Assembly: GCA_030390025.1 (NCBI GenBank) | Contig: CM059432.1 | Span: forward strand, 112,222,001-112,286,000 | Reading direction: 5' to 3' | DNA from: Squalus acanthias | Taxonomy: Eukaryota | Length of the DNA stretch: 64,000 nucleotides | In this document: in pieces, positions 32,707-44,934 of the stretch | Position numbering within the stretch: the stretch's first letter is position 1 | Layout of the letters: every line of letters begins with the position of its first letter | Translations under genes and position numbers: made by a program | Notes under the pieces: generated by a model | Databases searched by the model: none | What the model saw: the letters and a program-made list of their open reading frames with translations, nothing else | Told to the model about the DNA's origin: nothing

Positions 32707-33446
32707 GGCCCAGAAATTAAAGAGGGAGCCTTCGTGCGAGGGTAAGGCTTCCCCGCGATATCTCACTGCGCGCCGGCTTTTTCATTCTGAGCTCGCACGA
32801 ACTTGATTTTCTAGACAGCAGCTGGGCAGTGCTTGCGTATCCCACAGGCGCAGTTAATTCGTGCGAGCTGTGGGATCACGTGATTCAGTTAGAGCCAATG
32901 GCAGCACACCATCTTTCATTCATAGTTTTCACATCAAGTGCTGTGAAAGCTATGAATCTATACCCCCCAAAAGAACAGCTAAACCTCAATTAAATTTAAA
33001 AAAAAACATCACGTTAATAAAATAAGTATAGTTAAATAAATTAACCACTTTAAACAAAAATTAAATTTTTGAAAAAATTTAAAATCTTTTAAAAAGTTAT
33101 AAAAATAAACTTACCTTTCTTTAAAGTCTCTAAAAAAGATATACCTGTTGAAAAAAATTCAAAATAATACTTAATTAACTACTTACCTTGTTAAAAGAGG
33201 GTCTTACGCCTCCTTTCTTTATATGCAAAATCTTCCATGCTTACCTGCGCGTTCAAAGCACTAAGTGCACTGCGTGCGCGCAGCCTGTAGCGCGCACGCG
33301 GTTCACCTAGGAACCGCCCCCTTTTGAAATCACCAAGTGCCGGTTTTCAGCGCATGCGCAGTGCATGCAGAAAACCGGCAATTGGAGACAGAATACGCGA
33401 GAGTACACAGAGCGTACTCTCGCGTAGAGGCACTAATTTTTGGGCC
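32707..33446. mobile_element. MITE with AT-rich core
   Basis: TIRs GGCCCAGAAATTA / TAATTTTTGGGCC with an ATT TSD. Inverted near-copy of 3795-4530. Confidence 0.88.
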
Positions 33447-34079
33447 ATTGTTAGGAATTAGTACCACAGAAGCGCTTAGAAGGATCTTTAAACCCCAAGT
33501 CTAGCTTCTTCCATATTTCTTTTTTCAAGTGTTGTTATACTTTATAATGGATTATATAAAGACGTTGGTATACTGGAGCCACAGAAGCTATCTTTGTTGC
33601 ATGTCGGATGTACTGTGAATAACTGGGTTTGCCTGACAACAGTGGCTGAAAACTGCGTAATAACTCTCTGTTCAGATCCTAGCTATCGAGATCAATTAAT
33701 TTCCCTTACTGAGGAACTTTCTGTACTATTTGCTAATAAGCTAACTATGTAGTCCTCCCACCCTGGTTCTGGCTGGACAAGATGCATACTTATGGATGAG
33801 GCAAGAGTTTAACATGTTAATGTGGTATGTTTCCAGTTACATGAAAAACTGAAACATAAAATTCACTATATTCACTATAAGTCCACTTGCTCCCACCCTG
33901 CTTCCGGTAATGACTCTATTCAATTCTCCCAGTTTCTCTGACTCAGTCGCATCTGTTCTGACAATGTCACCTTCCACACCAGTGCTTCCAATATGTCTTC
34001 CTTTTACCTCAATTGAGGATTCCCCTCCACCGTGGTTGACAGCTAGAAGTGTTTGAATAGGAGCTAACTGCTGTAAGCA

Positions 34080-36350
34080 GGGAGCTGAGTCAGCATTTGT
34101 AACTTGGGTGTGGCTTCAAGGGTATAAAAGTAAACACTATTTGTTGAAGCACTGTGTGGTCTGCACAGAGTGGTCTTAAACGTAGTGCTTCTAAACAGAG
34201 TGTTAAAGTCGGGAATTTAGAGAGAGTGGGAATTCGGAGCAGAGGGGGAAAGAGGTGCTGCTTTCGTCTCCAATACTTGGAGTGGTTTGTGGTACAGGTA
34301 AATACTTAAATTCATCTACTTTTTGCTTAAACTAGATCTAGTAATTAGTTAAAAACTAAACTATAAGCTAAGTTAATTAAATACATAAATTTTAATTAAC
34401 TAAATAACTAAAACAAGGTTTTAAAGGGATGGCAGTGCAGGTGGTGTGCCACAACTGCAGCATGTGGGAGCTTGTGGAGAGCATCGCGATCCCGGATGAT
34501 CACGTCTGCAGTAAGTGTCTGCATCTCAAGGAACTTCAGCTCAGAGTTGTCAAGCTGGCGTCCGAGGTGCAGACATTGCAGGGCATCAGGGAGGGGGAGA
34601 GTTATCTAGACACTTTGAGGCAGGAGGCAGTCACACCCCTTAGGTTAGGTACTGGTACAGGTCTGGTTAGTGGTCAGGGACAGGAGGGTGTGACTCTGAC
34701 TCAGGCAGGTAAGGAGACCCCAGGTGCAGTGCTGGAGGAACCTCGGCCTTTGCCATTATCCAACAGGTATTAGGTTCTTGCTGTCTGTGTAGATGAGGGA
34801 AAAGTCTGCAGGGTGGATGAACAAACTGACCACGGCACCGTGGTACAGGAGGCCATTCAAGTGGGGGGAGTGAAAAGGAATGTTCTAGTGGTCGGGGACA
34901 GTATAGTCAGGGGGATAGATACTGTTCTCTGCAGCAGCGACTGGGAATTTCGAAGGCTGTATTGCCTGCTTGGTACCAGAGTTAAGGATATCTCCTCGTG
35001 GCTGGAGAACAATTTGGAGTGGGAGTGCAAGGATCCAGTTGTCGTGGTCCACGTAGGAACCAACGACATAGGTAGAACTAGGAATGAGGTTCTCCTGAGA
35101 GGGCTTGAGGAGCTTAATCAAAATGCAGAACGTCAAAGGTAATAATCTCTGGATTGTTACCTGAGCCACGCGCAAATTGGCATAGGGACAAGCAGATCAG
35201 AGAGTGGGAGGAAGGGGTTTTGATTCATGGGGCATTGGCACCAGTACTTGGGAAAGAGGGAGCTGTTCCGTTGGGATGGGCTCTACTTAAACCGGGCTGG
35301 GACCAGTCTCCTGGCAAGTCGAATAACTAGGGCTGTAGGTAAGGCTTTCAACTAAAAAGGGTTGGGGGGGTGGCGGGGGGGGGGGGAGAGGGAACAGCGA
35401 GTTTAACGGTAATAGTGCATCAGCGAATAATGTGAAAGCAGGGAATAATGGTAAAAAGTTTAATTTAAAGGCTCTTTATCTGAATGCACGAAGCATTCAC
35501 AATTAGATGAATTAATTGCACAAATAGAGATAAATGGCTTTGATCTAATAGCCATTACAGAGACGTGGTTGCAAGGTGACCAAGGTTGGGAATTAAATAT
35601 TCCAGGGTACTTGATGTTTCGAAAAGACAGGCAGAATGAAAAAGGGTGGGGTAGCCCTAATAATTACGGATGACATAAGGACAGTTGTGAGAAAGGATCT
35701 TGGCTCAGAAGATCAGGAAGTAGAATCAGTATGGGTGGAGATAAGAAAGAACAAGGGGCAGAAAACACTGGTGGGAATAGTTTATAGGTGCCCAAACAAT
35801 AGCTATACCATTGGACAGAGTATTAATCAACAAATAATAGGATCTTGTAACAAAGGTAATATAATAATCATGGGGGACTTTAATCTTCATATAGACTGGG
35901 CAAATCAAATTGGCAAAGGAGGATTGGTTCATGGAATGCATTCGAGACAGTTTTCTAGAACAATACGTCATGGAACCAACCAGGGAACAGGCTATATTAG
36001 ATCTTGTATTATGTAATGAGACAGAGTTAATTAGTAATCTCATAGTAAAGGATTCTCTGTGGAAGAGTGATCATAATATGATAGAATTTCATGTTGACTT
36101 GAGAGTGAAATACTTAAGTCCGAAACGAGATTCTTAAACTTAAACAAAGCCAATTACAGAGGTATGAGGGGCGAGTTGGCTAAGGTAAATTGGGAAATTA
36201 GATTAAAAGGTATGACAATAGATAAGCAGTGGCAAACATTTAAAGAAATATTCCAAAATTCTTAACGAATATACATTCCATTGAGAAATAAAAACTCCCC
36301 GGGAAACACGATCCATCCACGGCTAACTAAAGAAGTTAAGGATAGTATAG
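34080..36350 (+). mobile_element. CR1 LINE 5' part: ORF1 (zinc finger/zipper plus SGNH esterase) and ORF2 endonuclease, degenerate
   Basis: CHNCSMWE...CSKC, GDSIVRG and HVGTND in ORF1. GGVAL, MGDFN and SDHN in ORF2. Confidence 0.88.
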
Positions 36351-37266
36351 AGCTGGAGCAGCAGCTGGCATCACTGCAGTGCATCCATGAGGCTGAGAGC
36401 TACGTGGATAGCACGTTTCAGGAGGCGGTCACCTGCAGCGTAAGAGTATGCAGGCAGAGAGGGAATGGGTGAGGCAGGTAGTGCAAGAGTCCCCTGAGTG
36501 CATCTCACTCTCTAACCAGTACTGGTGAGGGTATTGGTTCCTCTGGGGAGTACAGCCAGAGCCATGTCCACGGCACTATGGGTGGCTCAGCTGTACGGGG
36601 AGTGAGGGACGGGGCGGGGGGGGGAGGAGGAAGATTGGGAAAGCAACAGTGGTAGGGGATTCGATAGTTAGGGGATCAGATAGGCATTTCTGTGGCCACA
36701 GACGTAATTCCAAGATGGTATGTTGCCTCCCTGGTGGCAGGGTCAAGGATGTCACTGAGCAGCTGCAGAACATCTGAGGTGGGGTGGATATGAAATTGGC
36801 TAAGTGACAGGAAACAGAGAGTAGTGGTGAATGGTTGTTCTACGGACTGGAGGAAGGTATACAGTGGTGTTCCCCAGGGGTCGGTACTAGGACCACTGCT
36901 TTTCTTGATGTATATTAATGACTTGGACTTGGGAGTACAGGACACAATTTCAAAATTTGCAGATGACACAAAACTTGGAAGTATAGTGAACAGTGAGGAG
37001 GAGAGTGATAGATTTCAAGGAGACATAGACAGGCTGGTGAAATGGGCGGACACATGGCAGATGAAATTTAATGCAGAAAAGTGCGAAGTGATACATTATG
37101 GTCGTAAGCACGAGGAGAGGCAATATAAACTAAAGGTTACAATTCCAAAGGGGGGTGCATGAATAAAGAGACCTGGGGGTATATCTGCACAAATTGTTGA
37201 AGGTGGCAGGGCAAGTTGAGAAAGCAGTTAAAAAAACATATGGGATCCTGGGCTTCATAAATAGAA
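36350..37266 (+). mobile_element. Internally deleted CR1 fragment (ORF1 piece joined to RT piece)
   Basis: ELEQQLASLQCIHEAESY and a GDSIVRG-type ORF1 segment to ~36778, then [13 protein letters not shown] / FADDTK. Confidence 0.75.
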
Positions 37267-37313
37267 TTGAGAGGTCGCACAACACCAGGTTATAGTCCAT
37301 AAATAGAATCATA

Positions 37314-38143
37314 GGGGCGATTTTCCCAGCCTTGAGGAGGCGGGTTTGGAGGCGGGACAGTTGGGAAAATTGCAAAAATTGAGTGCGGGTTCGGAACCCG
37401 CCTCCATCCCGCCTCTGCTCCACTTTGCCGGAGGCGGGCTTCACGAGTGCGATTCGGTCCCGCCTCCAAGAGGCGGAATAGGCAGTTAAGACCTTTAAGA
37501 AGTGCTTAAGGGCCTCAATAATCCAATTTTCCCAGGCCTTTGTTATTTTGCCACATTTACAGCATGTTGCACGCTGCTCCTAAACTACGCCAGCTAATCC
37601 TGGCGGGTTGACAAGTGGCTGGCCTCCTCACAGCTGCAGCTCCACCATAAAAACAGAGCTTTCAACAGGGATGAGTTGCAGGTGGCAGAAATTTTTCCCC
37701 ACAGGTCTTCGAGCACTTTTTCCAGGCCTACTGAAGTCGGAGGTGGTGCAGCTGAAATCGATCTACTTTGGGACCTCCTGGGAAAACCCTCTCCCCACTT
37801 GGACTGAGTGCTTCCCCAACGGAGGTATCTACCAGCAGCATGGGAAACATTTATTTCCTTTCATCATGGACCTCAGATTCGGACGAGGAGCAGCCACGGC
37901 AGCATCAGAACCAGGCAGAACAGCAGCAGGAGCGCCAACCTCCTGCTCACCCATCTGATGCAGCACAGGGCAGAAGGCGTCAGCGCATGGCAGCACATCA
38001 CTGCATGAGATACCCTCCTCTCAGGGTTTACAGACAGAGGATGAGCTTCCTCAACATGAGTGAGCAGCAGTACCAAAGGGGGCTGAGACTTTGGCGAGAG
38101 GCTGTCGGAGACATCTGCACAATGCTGCAACAACACCGGGAGC
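37314..38143 (+). mobile_element. Harbinger left end with transposase 5' fragment, truncated by a CR1
   Basis: TIR-like GGGGCGATTTTCC. MGNIYFLSS...RVYRQRMSFLNMSEQQ is homologous to the 51.87-52.2 kb region. Confidence 0.8.
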
Positions 38144-41100
38144 CCTATCTATTCTAATCCCATTTTCCAGCACTTGGTCCGTAGCCTTGTATGCTATGGT
38201 GTTTCAAGTACTCATCTAAATACTTCTTGAATGTTGTGAGGGTTCTTGCCTCTACCACCCTTTCAGGCAGTGAGTTCCAGATTCCAACCACCTTCTGGGT
38301 GAAAAAGTTTTTCCTCAAATCCCCTCTAAACCTCCTGCCCCTTACCTTGAAACTATGCCCCCTGGTTATTGACCCCTCTACTAAGGGGAAAAGTTCCTTT
38401 CTATCTACCCTATCTATGCCCCTCATAATTTTGTACACCTCAATCAGGTTCCCCCTCAGCCTTCTCTGCTCTAAGGAAAACAACCCCAGCCTGCCCAGTC
38501 TCTCTTCATAGCTGAAACGCTCCAGCCCAGGTAACATCCTGGTGAATCTCCTCTACACCCTCTCCAATGCAATCACATCCTTTCTATAGTGTGGCGACCA
38601 GAACTGCACACAGTATTCCAGCTGTGGCCTAACTAGCGTTTTGTACAGCTCCATCATAACCTCCCTGCTCTTATATTCTATGCCTCGGCTAATGAAGGCA
38701 AGTATCCCATATGCCTTCTTAACCACCTTATCTACCTGTCCTGCTGCCTTCAGGGATCTATGTACATGCACACCAAGGTCCCTCTGATCCTATATCCTTC
38801 CTAGGGTCCCACCATTCATTGTGTATTCCCTTGCCTTGTTAGTCCTCCCAAAATGCATCACCCCACACTTTTCAGGGTTAAATTCCATTTACCACGGTTC
38901 TGCCCATCTGACCAACCCGTCTATATCGTCCTGTAGCCTGAGGCTTCCCTCCTCACTATTTACCACTCCACCAATTTTCGTGTCATCTGCGAACTTACTG
39001 ATCATACCTCCTACATTCATATCTAAATCATTAATGTACACTACAAACAGCAAGGGACCCAGCACCGATCCCTGCAGTACACCACTGGACACAGGCTTCC
39101 AGTCACAAAAACAACCTTCGACCATCACCCTCTGCCTCCTGCCACTAAGCCAATTTTGGATCCAATGTGCCAAATTGCCCTGGATCCCATGAGCTCTTAC
39201 CTTCTTGACCAGTCTCCCATGCGGGACTTTGTCAAAAGCCTTACTGAAGTCCATGTAGACTACATCAACTGCACTACCCTCATCCACACACCTAGTCACC
39301 CCCTCGAAAAATTCAATCAAATTGGTTAGACATGATCTCCCCCTGACAAAGCCATGTTGACTATCCTTGATTAATCCTTGCCTCTCCAAGTGGAGACTAA
39401 TTTTGTCCCTCAGAATTTTTTCCAATAATTTCCCTATCACTGGCCTGTAATTCCCTGGTTTATCCCTACTACCCTTCTTGAATAATGGTACTACGTTAGC
39501 TGTCCTCCAGTCCTCTGGCACCTTCCCTGTGGCCAGAGAGGTTCTGAAAATTTGTGTCAGAGCCACTGCAATCTCCTCCCTTGCCTCACACAGCAGCCTG
39601 GGATACATCTCGTCTGGGCCTGGGGATTTATCCACTTTTAAGCCCGCTAAAACCGCTAGTACCTCCTCCCTCTCAATGCTAATTTGTTCAAGTATATCAC
39701 AATCCCCCTGCCTGATTTATATGCCTACATTGTCCTTCTCCATAGTGAACACAGATGCAAAATATTCATTTAAAACCTCACCTACATCTTCTGGCTCTGC
39801 ACACAGATTGCCACTTTGGTCCCTAATGGGCCCTACTCTTTCCCTGGTTATCCTCTTGCCCTTAATATACTTATAAAACACCTTGGGATTTTCCTTTATT
39901 TTGCCCGCCAGTGTTTTTTCATGCCCCCTCTTCGCTCTCCTGCACTTTCTATACTCTTCTAGGGCTTCCACTGTTTTTAGTCCTTTGTATCTGCCAAAAG
40001 CCTCCCTTTTTTTCCTAATCCATTCTTGTCTATCCCTTGACATCCAGGGTTCCCTGTACTTGTTGGTCCCGCCCTTGACCTTTACGGGAACATGTTGGCG
40101 CTGTCGTCTCTCTATTTCCTTTCTGAATGACTCCCACTGCTCTGATGTGGATTTTCCTACAAGTAGCTGATCCCAGTCCACTTTGGCCAGATCCTGCCTT
40201 ATCATATTAAAATCAGCCTTCCCCCAATTTAGAACCTTTATTTCCGGTCCATCTTTGTCCTTTTCCATGACTACCTTAAATCTCACTGAATTATGGTCAC
40301 TGTCACCAAAATGCTCTCCTACTGACACTTCTACCACTTGCCCGGCTACATTTCCTAGAATTAGGTCTAGTACCGCCCCCTCTCTTGTAGGACTTTCTAC
40401 ATGCTGGCTCAAAAAGCTCTCCTGGATGCACTTTAAGAATTCCGCACCCTCTAAGCCTTTCACACTCTGACTATCCCAGTTAATATTAGGGAAGTTGAAA
40501 TCCCCTACTATTATTACCCTATTATTTCTACACTTCTCTGAGATTTGCCTACATATCTGTTCCTCTATCTCCCCTTGACTGTTTGGGGGCATAAAGTACA
40601 CTCCCAGCAAAGTGCTTGCCCCCTTTTTGTTTTTAAGTTCTACCCTTATGGCCTCATTAGAGGAACCTGCTAAGATATCATCCCTCCTTACTGCAGTAAT
40701 TGACTCCTTGATTAATATTGTGACACCCCCTCCTCTTTTACACCCCCCTCTGTCTCGCCTGAATATTGAGCTGCCAGTCCTGCCCCTCCCTCAACCATGT
40801 CTCTGTGATAGCAACAATATCATAATCCCATGAATTCATCAACACCTTCAATTCATCTGCCTTACTCGTAAGACTCCTTGCATTAAAATAAATGCCATCC
40901 AGCCTTGCCATACTCCCTTGTGCCGTTACATATTTGCTCTGCCTTCCAGACTGACTTGTTTTTTCCTCTATATTTGGCTGTACATCACCCCCTACTATAG
41001 CTCCACTCCGTATCCCATCCCCCTGCCAAGTTAGTTTAAACCACCCCAACACCACTAGCAAACCTCCCCGCAAGGATGTTGGTCCCGTTCCGGTTCAGGT

Positions 41101-42275
41101 GCAACCCGTCCGACTTGTACAGGTCCCACCTTCCCCAGAAACAGACCCAGTGATCCAGGAAACTAAAGCCCTCCCTCCTGCACCAACTCTTTAGCCACGC
41201 ATTCATCTGCTCTATCCTCCTATTCCTATACTCACTAGCATGTGGCACCAGGAGTAATCCAGAGATTACAACCTTTGAGGTCCTGCTTTTTAATCTGCTA
41301 CCCACCTCCCTAAATTCTTGTTGCAGGACCTCATCCCTCTTTCTACCTATGTCGTTGGTACCAATGTGAACCACGACCTCTGACTGTTCGCCCTCCCCCT
41401 TCAGAATGCCCTGCATCCGTTCAGTGACATCCTTGACCCTGGCACCAGGGAGGCAACATACCATCGTGGAGTCACGTCTGCGGCCGCAGAAACGCCTGTC
41501 TGCACCCCTCACTATTGAGTCTCCTGCCATTATTGCCCTTCCACTCTTACTCCTCCACCCTTGTGCAGCTGAGCCACCCACAGTGCCGTGAACTTGGCTC
41601 TGGCTACACTCCCCAGAGGAACCGTCACTTTCACCGTTTTCCAACACAGAAAAACAGTTGTTGAGTGATATGCACTCTGGGGCTTTCCTGACTACCTGCC
41701 TGCCCCCCTTCTTCTGACTGGTGGTCTCCCATTCCCTCTCTGACTGCACTTTCTTAAGCTGCGGGGTGACCACGTCTAAAAACATGCTATCCATGTAACT
41801 CTCAGCCTCGCGGATACACCTCAGTGCCTCCAGCTGACGCTCGAGCTCCGAAAACCGGATCTCAAGTTGGCCAAACTGTTGGCACTTACTGCACATGTGG
41901 TCATCCTGACTGCAAGAAGCGTCTAAGAATTCCCACATGCTGCAGGCCGTGCAACGCATGGGACTGAGGTCCCCTGCCATACTTTTAATTTAAAAACTCT
42001 TACCTCAAATTTAAACTCTCGGATTCTCGCTCTCCCGAACTACCTTAACTATGAACTACCTTAAAAGAAATAAACTTAAAATTGAAGAAAAAAAAAGCAC
42101 TCACCCACTACTCACCAATCAGCTTCTTCTCCTGCGCCAGCGTCACTTTCTGTACTGTGATGTCACTCTCGAATTCTGCCGCCGCTCTCGCTGCTGCCGG
42201 TGCTCGACTGGGCCTGAAAATCACCGACCTTTATTTTCTCCCACAGCCGCTGCTCCCTCGCTCCCACTGCTGCCG
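38144..42275 (-). mobile_element. Near full-length CR1 LINE (ORF2 fragmented)
   Basis: ORF1 at 41036-41980. APE and RT fragments at 39717-40610, 38889-39635 and 38154-38771. Confidence 0.92.
41036..41980 (-). CDS. CR1 ORF1p: C4 zinc finger, leucine zipper and SGNH/GDSL esterase domain
   Basis: CTACSMWE...CSKC, then GDS, CLPGA, HIGTND and DGLHLN blocks in an open 314-aa frame. Confidence 0.85.
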   Translation of the reverse strand: MAGDLSPMRCTACSMWEFLDASCSQDDHMCSKCQQFGQLEIRFSELERQLEALRCIREAESYMDSMFLDVVTPQLKKVQSEREWETTSQKKGGRQVVRKAPECISLNNCFSVLENGESDGSSGECSQSQVHGTVGGSAAQGWRSKSGRAIMAGDSIVRGADRRFCGRRRDSTMVCCLPGARVKDVTERMQGILKGEGEQSEVVVHIGTNDIGRKRDEVLQQEFREVGSRLKSRTSKVVISGLLLVPHASEYRNRRIEQMNAWLKSWCRREGFSFLDHWVCFWGRWDLYKSDGLHLNRNGTNILAGRFASGVGVV

Positions 42276-43052
42276 CTCAGTAAACTAGCAAGAAATATAA
42301 AAACAAATTATAAGAGCTTCTATAAGTATGTAAAAAGGAAGAGAGTAGCAAAAGTAAATGCTGGTCCCTTAGAGGTTGAGACAGAGAAATTATAATGGGG
42401 AATACAGAAATGGCAGAGACTTTAAATGAATATTTTGTATCAGTCTTCACAGTAAAAGACAGAAAAAGCATACCAAAAATAGTGGGGAACCAAGGGGCTA
42501 ATGAGAGTGAGGAACTTAAAGTAATTAACACCAGTAGAGAAAAGGTACTTGAGAAACTAATGGGACAAAAAGCCAACAAATCCCCTGGCCTACATCCTAG
42601 GGTTCTAAAAGAGGTGGCTGTAGAGATAGTGGATGCAATGGTTGTGATCTTCCAAAATTCCCGAGATTCTAAAATGGTCCCAGCGGATTGGAAGATTGCA
42701 AATGTAACCCTGCTATTCAAAAAAGGAGGGAGAGAGAAAACAGGGAACTACAGGCCAGTTAGCCAGACATCAGTTGCCGGGAAAATGCTGGAATTCATTA
42801 TTAAGAAGTGGTAACAGGGCATTTTAAAAATCATAATATGATTAGGCAGAGTTAGCATAGTTTTATGAAAGGGAAATTGTGTTTAACAAGTTGATTAGCT
42901 TTTGAGGATGTGACTGGAAGCGTAAATAAAGGAGAACAAGTGGATGTAGTATATTTGGATTTCTAAAAGGCATTCAATAAGGTACCACATAAAAGGTTGT
43001 TCCGCAAGATAAGGACTCATGGGGTTGTGGGTAATGTATTAGCATGGATAGA

Positions 43053-44714
43053 TGTAAGGTTGCCAAAATTTGAAGATCCCCAAAACCTAAGGAAAAAGGA
43101 CTTTGGAACTACCTCAGAGTGATAAAAATGCATTTGGGGCTAACCTAAGGAATATAAGACCAAAAACCAAGTTTTGGCATTTTAAAACTATGTCTGGGCC
43201 TGTAAAGGGACAAGGAGGTGGGTTCAACCTCTGTAAAAGCAGCTTTCGGTTATTGCAGTTAATTATACTGTCTGGGGAACCGGGATGACCCCACTCAAGC
43301 CCCAGCAGGCATTAACATTTTGAACAATAGACCCCGGGAGAAGACAGTCCCACCCAAAACTACAGGCCCCATCAAACCGATTACAGGGCCCATCAGAAAA
43401 CATGCATAATACAAATCACTCAGGACCAGGCTATAGAAAAGACTGAGTCCAGCCTAGAAACCCAAAACACGAAACCAATCACCAGTGATCAGCCAAGGAG
43501 ATCGACAGGATGCAAACCATCCCAAAGGCCATCTGACACTTACAGAGCAGTTACTGGTAACAGGCCCGCCAAAATCAGACAATGAGCTGAGTAGATTTGG
43601 TGGGTAGATAAGGCCATGTTCAATGGGTGAGATTGAAGGCCTGTTAAAAAACCAGTTAACGTGCTATTAAGTCGTTACCGATTTACGAGCCTGCCAAAAA
43701 CCAGACAATGAACTGAGTAGATTTGGCGGGTAGATAAGGCCACTTCAATTTAGTATAATTGAAGGCCCATCAAGCAGTTCAAGGTCGAGCAGTCAGTCGC
43801 AACCGGTGGTCATCAGAGAAGAAGAAACCAGGAAGAAGAAAACCCGAGCTGGAAGCGAGTCGGCATCGCTCACCACTCAGACACCCCCTGAGTCCAGCTC
43901 GTGAAGATACCACCTCGACGGACCTCCAACAACGGTCCCAACACAGTCACCCGGAGCAACAAACCAATAGGACATCGACAGCTCCACAAGGTCGACCGAC
44001 ACACTAAACAAGGCCTAAAGCCATCGCGGAAACCAAAGGCCTCACGAAACCAACAACCGCGCATTACCCCCAACTGACCGGGTAATAGCAGGCCACCGCG
44101 ATCAACAAAGACCAACTCCAGGGAAGAAAACCCGAAGAACCGCAAAGTTTCCACACTACAAACTACCCCTGACTTACCCCTGGGTAAGATTTTCCCAAAG
44201 ACTCTAAACCCTACTGCTAAACCAAAGAAATTGGGTACTCACCAGATAAATCCAAAACGACATCCTACCGCATCAGCGGACTCGCGAAGACTGACCAGAG
44301 ACCCAGGTGAAGTCCTCTACCACGTACGGGGTATGGCAGACACTAACCGCCATAAACAGCGAACCCCAAAACCGCGATTTAGCCCAACTGTCAAAGGATT
44401 GGTGAGCATTATCCCTGGTCCTTCAAAACCTAACTTAGCTAGTAAAGTGGGGTTGGGAGGGGTGAAGTATTGTTCTACTGTCATTTCCCTCGCTTGTTCC
44501 GAAGTGTTCCCCACCTTTAGAGTGTTAAGAGTGTTATTATTTGTGTCTTACCTTTTAATAAAGATTGAAGTTCTTTCATCAAACTCAGTTGTCTGCTGCA
44601 CCTTTTTATCACAACCCCCAAATAAGTCCAAGGTCTAGAACCAAGGGAGTGGGAGCGATTCGAACTGCTCAGAAGTCAGAGGTAAAGCTGACACAAAAAC
44701 ACCACCCCCTTAAA
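43053..44714 (+). mobile_element. Solo LTR (1662 bp), distantly related to the provirus LTR
   Basis: TGTAAGG...CCTTAAA termini with a TAGA TSD inside CR1. Contains TATAATTG (~43755), AATAAAGATT (~44557) and ~50-bp direct repeats at ~43568 and ~43693. Confidence 0.85.
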
Positions 44715-44934
44715 TAGAGGATTGGTTAACAGACAGAAAACAGAGAGTCGGGATAAACGGGTAATATTCTGGTTTGCAGGCTGTAACTGGTGGGGTGCCG
44801 CAAGGATCAGTGCTTGGGCCTCAGCTATTTACAATCTATATTAATGACTGAGATGAAGGGACTGAGTGCAATGTATCCAAGTTTGCTGATGATACAAAGC
44901 TAGGTTGGACAGTAAGCTGTGAGGAGGACACAAA

